DNA from: Gemmatimonadota bacterium
GTDB taxonomy: Bacteria; Gemmatimonadota; Gemmatimonadetes; Longimicrobiales; Gaopeijiaceae
Direction: 5' to 3'
Length of the DNA: 64,000 nt
NCBI GenBank assembly: GCA_034521595.1
Contig: JAXHMG010000003.1
Location: forward strand, 2,400,001-2,464,000
Made by a program: the position numbers and the translations under genes. Under the pieces are notes generated by a model, which was given only the letters and a program-made list of their open reading frames with translations, was not told the DNA's origin and did no database searches. Shown piece after piece: positions 58,610 to 64,000 of the stretch. How positions within the stretch are numbered: the stretch's first letter is position 1; every line of letters begins with the position of its first letter.

Positions 58610-59017
58610 TTAGCTCGGGGACAGGAGTTGGAGCGAGGGGAAGTACGTGAGGTAACGCGAGCGTTCACGGCTGAGGAGGGTCATCCCGGCAATCGCCGCG
58701 TGGGCCCCGATATAGAAGTCCGGCAGGGGCGAGCGTCGTTCGCCTCCCGCGCAGCGGTACTTCACGAAGCTCTTTCCGGCCAGAAAGCCCGCCTGGAAGG
58801 GGAGGGCATCTCGCCGGAACGTCGAGGCTGGCAGGGCGTCGTCCAAGTCTTCGATCCTGTTGAACCGGATCGATACTTCCGCGTAGATAAGCGGATTGAT
58901 GACCAGGGTGGAACGTTCCGCCTGCTGATCCAACGCGGCGGATGACCATTTGAACCACCGGGGATCTTCGGTCAGGACGTCCAAGATGACGTTGCTGTCG
59001 ACCAGGGTCTCGCTCAC
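58610..59017 (-). CDS. vapC: VapC PIN-domain toxin
   Basis: LVDSNVILD, YAEVS, LPDFYIGAHA, YFP. Confidence 0.92.
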   Translation of the reverse strand: MSETLVDSNVILDVLTEDPRWFKWSSAALDQQAERSTLVINPLIYAEVSIRFNRIEDLDDALPASTFRRDALPFQAGFLAGKSFVKYRCAGGERRSPLPDFYIGAHAAIAGMTLLSRERSRYLTYFPSLQLLSPS

Positions 59018-59244
59018 GGAGCCTCGTCGCGAGTGAGCGCCATGATCTCGTCGGTGGTCATTGGCACATCGCCGCGCCCGCGGAGACTCTCGACAACGCG
59101 CCGGCCGCGCCGACCGGTCTCGGCCTTGGTCACAACCACGACATCACCACGCACCTCGAACTCGACCTCGGTGTGCGGCAGGAGGCCGAGGCGCTCGCGG
59201 ATGTCCTGGGGAATGGTGACCTGGCCCTTCGTGGTAATTTTCAT
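59014..59244 (-). CDS. vapB: AbrB/MazE/SpoVT-type antitoxin
   Basis: MKITTKGQVTIP, MTTDEIMALTR; GGAGG RBS; GTGA overlap with vapC. Confidence 0.92.
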   Translation of the reverse strand: MKITTKGQVTIPQDIRERLGLLPHTEVEFEVRGDVVVVTKAETGRRGRRVVESLRGRGDVPMTTDEIMALTRDEAP

Positions 59245-59256
59245 ACAGCCTCCGGG

Positions 59257-59282
59257 TGGTATTACTACGATGCGTAATACCA
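59257..59282. promoter_or_regulatory. Probable vapBC autoregulatory operator
   Basis: Perfect inverted repeat TGGTATTAC-N8-GTAATACCA just upstream of the vapB RBS. Confidence 0.7.
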
Positions 59283-59583
59283 TTCTGGGGAGGGCGCTAG
59301 GTCAAGGCCGCAGGTCTGGTGTGGAAAGGGCTCGCGCGTGCGCACCGGTGCTCGGTGGGGAGACACCGAGACCCTCTAACCCTGATGCTACCGACCCGCG
59401 TAACCTCCATAAAACCGGCAGAATGCCCGAGTGCGGACGAAGCGACGTGTCCACACCACGTAGGCTTGCTCCGTCCGAGGGCTGTAGTGCCGAGCTCGGA
59501 GCGCGGCTCGGAGGCGGTGGAGCAGTGTCGCACCGTGCAAGGGACTGCGGGATAGCGGGATGGGCCTCCGTGACGACGCTCAG

Positions 59584-59978
59584 GCGCTCCGAGGCCTTCG
59601 GCCCCGAAACGCCTCTCCATGCGCCCGGCAGGATGGCCGTCGCTCCGCGACGGCGCGTCGCGGGAGTACCCTCCTCGGCTCTATCTCCACCGTACGGGCC
59701 CGCTCGGCTCGAACAAGGCCCGTCTCCAAGCGCCAAACACAAGAAAACGCGCTCCGAGGCCTGCGGCCCCGGAGCGCGTTTTCATGCGCCCGGCAGGATG
59801 GAGCTGCGGTCGCCTCCGGCGATCCTCGCTCGTCTCGCGGAACACCAGCCCAGGCCCTAACGGGAACAACCCCGCAGGCCGCTCGGCTCGAACAAGCCTC
59901 GCCTCCAAGCGCCAAACACAAGAAAACGCGCTCCGAGGCCTGCGGCCCCGGAGCGCGTTTTCATGCGCCCGGCAGGAT
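59584..59978 (-). repeat. tRNA-linked direct repeats (tRNA 3' end + terminator), 3 copies
   Basis: CATGCGCCCGGCAGGAT at 59618, 59783 and 59962; 100-bp blocks 59700-59799 and 59879-59978 differ at 3 positions by my count. Confidence 0.9.
59912..59962 (-). terminator. Rho-independent terminator of tRNA-Arg
   Basis: GAAAACGCGCTCCG...CGGAGCGCGTTTTC stem followed on the minus strand by TTGTGTTT. Confidence 0.75.
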
Positions 59979-60037
59979 TCGAACCTGCGACCTCATGCTC
60001 CGGAGGCATGCGCTCTATCCAACTGAGCTACGGGCGC
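59964..60037 (-). tRNA. tRNA-Arg(CCG), CCA not encoded
   Basis: GCGCCCGTAGCTCAGTTGGATAGAGC...CATGC-CTCCGGA-GCATG...GGTTCGAATCCTGCCGGGCGCA folds as a cloverleaf. Confidence 0.97.
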
Positions 60038-60119
60038 GGCGGTGTGAAGACGGGTAAGCTAACGACCCCGGAGCCTGGGCTCCACCGTCTGCGGGTGCTT
60101 CGTCCACGCCCGTCCGGCG

Positions 60120-61199
60120 TCAGCGCCCGTACTTCAGCGTGCCCTCGTAGGTGCTGAGGCCCGAATCGTCGTGCACGGTCATGGTGGCGGGCCGGGTGCT
60201 TCCCATCCGGCAGGCTCCGACCTCGCCGTCGCGGTTGATCGCGACGAACTTCTCGCCCGGCGTGAAGTCGATGCCGACATTCGCGTAGTTCTCCATGATG
60301 AGGTCGGCGGTGTCCTCGCACGCCTGCTGGGGAGTTCGTCCCTGCCGCATACGCATGACGATATGGTACGCCGCGCAGGACTTGATCACGTCCTCGCCCC
60401 TGCCGGTGACCCCGGCCGCCCCTACGGCGTTGTCCACGTAGAGCCCGGCTCCGATGATGGGGGAGTCGCCCACGCGTCCCGGCACCTTCCAGCTCAGGCC
60501 ACTCGTCGTGGTGATCCCGGCCACGTTCCCGTCCGCGTCCACGGACAGCACGTTGGTCGTGCCCTGCTCGAACTCCACCGCACCGTCGATCCCGGGCGCC
60601 AGGTCCGTGCCCCGAAGGTGATCCGGCGGGCCCCAGTCGTCGTCGGGATTGAGCTCCTCACGCCAACGGAGCCAGATCTCCCGGGCTTCCGGGGTGAGGA
60701 GCTCCTCCTCTTCGAAGCCGAAGGATCGGGCGAACTCCAGGGCCCCTTCTCCCGTCAGCATGACGTGATCGGTCCGCTCCATGACGAGCCGGGCGACGGA
60801 GGAAGGATTCTTGATCCGTTCCAGGCCGGCCACCGAGCCCGCGTTGTAGGTGCGGCCGTCCATGATCGACGCGTCGAGCTGGACGACCCCGTCGGCATTG
60901 GGGAGGCCGCCGTAGCCCACCCCATGGTCGTCGGGGTCGACCTCGATGACGTTGGCGCCCCGCTCCACGGCGTCGAGCGCCGACCCGCCCGAAGAGAGAA
61001 GCTCCCAGGCCTGGGTCATGGCGTTCCGGCCGGTGTCGTTGGTGTGGCTGGTGATGATCAGAGGCACCCCGGCGCTCGGGCGCCGGGAACCGGAGACGAA
61101 CGCTTCCGGGCTTTTCCCGAACACTGCGAAGCCGGCACCGGCCGCCAGGCTTCCGCGCACGAACTGCCTGCGATCGACGTTCGAGTTCTCGTCGCTCAT
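60120..61199 (-). CDS. N(4)-(beta-N-acetylglucosaminyl)-L-asparaginase-like Ntn hydrolase, Tat-exported
   Basis: Tat motif DRRQFV; VGYGGLP, LDASIMDG, GRVGDSPIIGAG, TGRGE. Confidence 0.9.
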   Translation of the reverse strand: MSDENSNVDRRQFVRGSLAAGAGFAVFGKSPEAFVSGSRRPSAGVPLIITSHTNDTGRNAMTQAWELLSSGGSALDAVERGANVIEVDPDDHGVGYGGLPNADGVVQLDASIMDGRTYNAGSVAGLERIKNPSSVARLVMERTDHVMLTGEGALEFARSFGFEEEELLTPEAREIWLRWREELNPDDDWGPPDHLRGTDLAPGIDGAVEFEQGTTNVLSVDADGNVAGITTTSGLSWKVPGRVGDSPIIGAGLYVDNAVGAAGVTGRGEDVIKSCAAYHIVMRMRQGRTPQQACEDTADLIMENYANVGIDFTPGEKFVAINRDGEVGACRMGSTRPATMTVHDDSGLSTYEGTLKYGR

Positions 61200-61367
61200 C
61201 GGTTTCCTCCTGCCATCGTAGTGATCGGCACCCGGTACGGGCGCTCGCCCCGAACGCAAGGCTAGGGGGGCGGAAGAGGAGGGGCAAGCGAGCAGTGAGT
61301 CAACGGGCCCACTCGACGGAGTCGGGCGACGAACCGGGCCCGTGATCGCACGCAATCGATACGAAAC

Positions 61368-61400
61368 GGCGCCCCCCTGCAGACGAAGCCGGGGGGCGCC
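61368..61400 (-). terminator. Hairpin downstream of rnpB
   Basis: GGCGCCCCCC...GGGGGGCGCC inverted repeat. Confidence 0.55.
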
Positions 61401-61405
61401 GAAAT

Positions 61406-61774
<369 letters not shown>

Positions 61775-61887
61775 GTGAGGTACAACCCCCGGACCATCGG
61801 AGAAGATCCCGGAGAGAACCGCTCGGCCCTCACGCCGGGCGACGCGCCCGTGTGGTGCGACAGACAGGGTGGACATAATTTCGTGAG

Positions 61888-62469
61888 ATGACCGACACGA
61901 CTCCGATTCGTCCAGGATCGCGCGCCCGCCGCGTGGTCCTCACCCTCACGGTCGCGGCACATGCCGCAGTATTCGCCGCGCTTCCGATGCCGGTGGACGC
62001 CCAGGCGCCACCCGCCGGCGAGATCGCGGAGCCTACGGTGGTCTACCTCGTACGACACGCGGAACGGGCCGAGGACGGCACGGACGACCCTCCGATCTCG
62101 GAAGCCGGCCAGGCACGGGCGCGGCTGGTCGCGCGCCTCCTGGCCGACGCGGAGGTCGAGCGGATCCATTCCACCCGCTACCGACGCACCCGGTCGACGG
62201 CCGCACCGCTCGCTGAAGCCCTGGGGCTCGAGGTCGCGCACTACGACACTGAGGACCTGAACAGGTTCGCGGCGCGGCTGCGCGCGCAGGGCGGACGGCA
62301 TCTGGTGGTCGGCCACAGCAATACGACGCCCGAGCTGGTGACCGCGCTCGGAGGCGATCCGGGGGCATCGATGCACGAGGCGGAGTACGACCGGCTCTAC
62401 ATCCTCACCCTGACCCCGGACACGACGTCGACGGTGCTGCTCCGCTTCGGCGCGGCGCCACCGCACTGA
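61888..62469 (+). CDS. Secreted histidine phosphatase (SixA/PGM-like)
   Basis: YLVRHAE, RTRSTA, VVGHSNT; signal peptide. Confidence 0.88.
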   Translation: MTDTTPIRPGSRARRVVLTLTVAAHAAVFAALPMPVDAQAPPAGEIAEPTVVYLVRHAERAEDGTDDPPISEAGQARARLVARLLADAEVERIHSTRYRRTRSTAAPLAEALGLEVAHYDTEDLNRFAARLRAQGGRHLVVGHSNTTPELVTALGGDPGASMHEAEYDRLYILTLTPDTTSTVLLRFGAAPPH

Positions 62470-62486
62470 CCTCGCACGCCGACCGG

Positions 62487-63938
62487 ATGCGCTGGGACGC
62501 GGTCGTCGTCGGAGCAGGGCCGAACGGGCTGTCCGCCGCGATCACGCTGGCCGCGGAGGGGCTTTCGACCCTCCTGATCGAGGCGAACGACGAGGTCGGA
62601 GGGGCGGCCCGCACCGCACCCCTCACGCTCCCGGGCTTTAGCCACGACGTCGGCTCGGCGGTCTACCCGATGGGGCTCGCCTCCCCGTTCTTCGCCTCCC
62701 TCCCGCTCGACGAGCACGGCCTGGATTGGGTCCATCCCGACCTTCCGCTCGCGCATCCGCTCGACGGGGGCCGGGTGGCGACCCTCCACCGCTCGCTCGA
62801 CGACACAACCGAGGCCCTGGGAGGCGCCGGTCCGGCCTACCGGGAGATGGTCGAGCCCTTCGTCGAGGCCTGGCCCCGCTTCCGGCGGCACGTGCTCGAC
62901 ACACCGTTCCGAGTTCCGACCGCCCCACTTCTGATGGCCCGCTTCGCGACCCGCGCCTTCCGACGCACGACGCGGCTGGCCGGGGGCCTTCCGACCCCTG
63001 GCGCACAGGCCCTGCTGGCAGGCAATGCCGCCCACGCAGGCGCACCTCTGGACACCTTCCCACCTTCGGCCGTGGGGCTGGTCCTCATGATCGCCGGACA
63101 CGCCGTCGGCTGGCCGGTGGCGCGAGGTGGGGCAGGCGCGATCACCGAGGCGCTCGCGGCACACTTCCGGTCGCTCGGCGGAACGATCGAGACCGGCCGC
63201 GCCGTGACGTCCCTCGACGATCTTCCCGAGGCCGAAGCGGTGGTCCTCGCGCTCACGCCCGCCCAGATCGCACGCATCGGGGGCGACGCCCTCCCGGCCC
63301 GGTACCGCACCGGGCTGGAGCGCTGGCGGTACGGCCCCGGTGCCTTCAAGGTGGATTGGGCGCTCGACGCGCCAATCCCGTGGACGTCCGATGCGTGCCG
63401 CCGTGCGGGCACCGTGCACCTCGGCGGCACCCTCGAAGAGATCGCGGCGGCGGAAGGGGCTCCGGCACGCGGCCGGCTCGCAGAGAACCCGTTCGTCCTC
63501 CTCGCCCAACCGTCACTCTTCGATCCCTCGCGCGCACCGGAGGGCCGGCATACGGCGTGGGCCTACTGCCACGTACCCAATGGGTGGCGCGGGGACGCCA
63601 CGGAGGTGATCGAACGGCAGGTCGAACGGTTCGCCCCCGGCTTCCGCGACACCGTCCTCGAGCGGTGCGTGCACGGTCCCTCCGACCTGGAAGCGTGGGA
63701 CGGCAATCTCGTGGGGGGCGACGTCAACGGCGGGGCGCTCACCCCGCGGCAGTGGCTCGGCCCCGAGCGCTGGAGCTTGCACCCTTGGTCCACCCCCGTC
63801 GCGGACCTCTACGTCTGCTCGGCCGCCACGCCACCGGGCGGAGGCGTCCACGGGATGTGCGGACACCATGCCGCACGCTCGGCGCTCCGGAGCTCGTTCG
63901 GCATCCACGCCCCCACGGTTTTCGGATCGCCCTCGTGA
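62487..63938 (+). CDS. Phytoene-dehydrogenase-like FAD-dependent oxidoreductase
   Basis: VVGAGPNGLSAA, TLPGFSHD, TPPGGGVHGMCG. Confidence 0.9.
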   Translation: MRWDAVVVGAGPNGLSAAITLAAEGLSTLLIEANDEVGGAARTAPLTLPGFSHDVGSAVYPMGLASPFFASLPLDEHGLDWVHPDLPLAHPLDGGRVATLHRSLDDTTEALGGAGPAYREMVEPFVEAWPRFRRHVLDTPFRVPTAPLLMARFATRAFRRTTRLAGGLPTPGAQALLAGNAAHAGAPLDTFPPSAVGLVLMIAGHAVGWPVARGGAGAITEALAAHFRSLGGTIETGRAVTSLDDLPEAEAVVLALTPAQIARIGGDALPARYRTGLERWRYGPGAFKVDWALDAPIPWTSDACRRAGTVHLGGTLEEIAAAEGAPARGRLAENPFVLLAQPSLFDPSRAPEGRHTAWAYCHVPNGWRGDATEVIERQVERFAPGFRDTVLERCVHGPSDLEAWDGNLVGGDVNGGALTPRQWLGPERWSLHPWSTPVADLYVCSAATPPGGGVHGMCGHHAARSALRSSFGIHAPTVFGSPS

Positions 63939-64000
63939 GCATACCGTAGGGCGCCGCGCTCGCCCACCGTCCGGAGACCCTCTCATCGACACGCACGCAC

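Noticed and set aside
59584-59978. CRISPR array
   Set aside because: Repeats are about 100 bp, derive from the tRNA end and terminator, number only three, and no cas genes are present.
62487-63938. Carotenoid biosynthesis crtI
   Set aside because: Belongs to the generic phytoene-dehydrogenase-like group and no crt genes are adjacent within the window.

Overview
High-GC bacterial chromosomal window of about 60 CDS. The gene content (many lipoproteins, beta-propeller and plug-like proteins, ECF/ZAS pairs, a sulfocyanin-like protein) suggests Gemmatimonadota, but this is inference only. Core genes: prs (partial), an EF-G paralog, clpP, ddl, cystathionine beta-synthase, mutS, holA, gpmI, tag, tRNA-Arg(CCG) and RNase P RNA. 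Accessory modules: (i) an ArsR-led TolC/MFP/RND/PII-like/DUF2892 operon that looks sulfur- or redox-responsive; (ii) a CBS-fused glutamate-cysteine-ligase-family enzyme translationally coupled to an AstE/AspA-type Zn deacylase, my best candidate for an undescribed ligase/hydrolase system; (iii) two ECF sigma/anti-sigma pairs, one preceded by a sigma54-type promoter; (iv) an eroded island downstream of tRNA-Arg with an intact vapBC, a broken MNT-HepT pair, an IS-end-like scar and a short array of tRNA-3'-end repeats with variable inserts. Several genes show internal deletions or frameshifts. No CRISPR array, rRNA, integrase or intact transposase was seen. All calls come from motif recognition by eye; no database searches were run.
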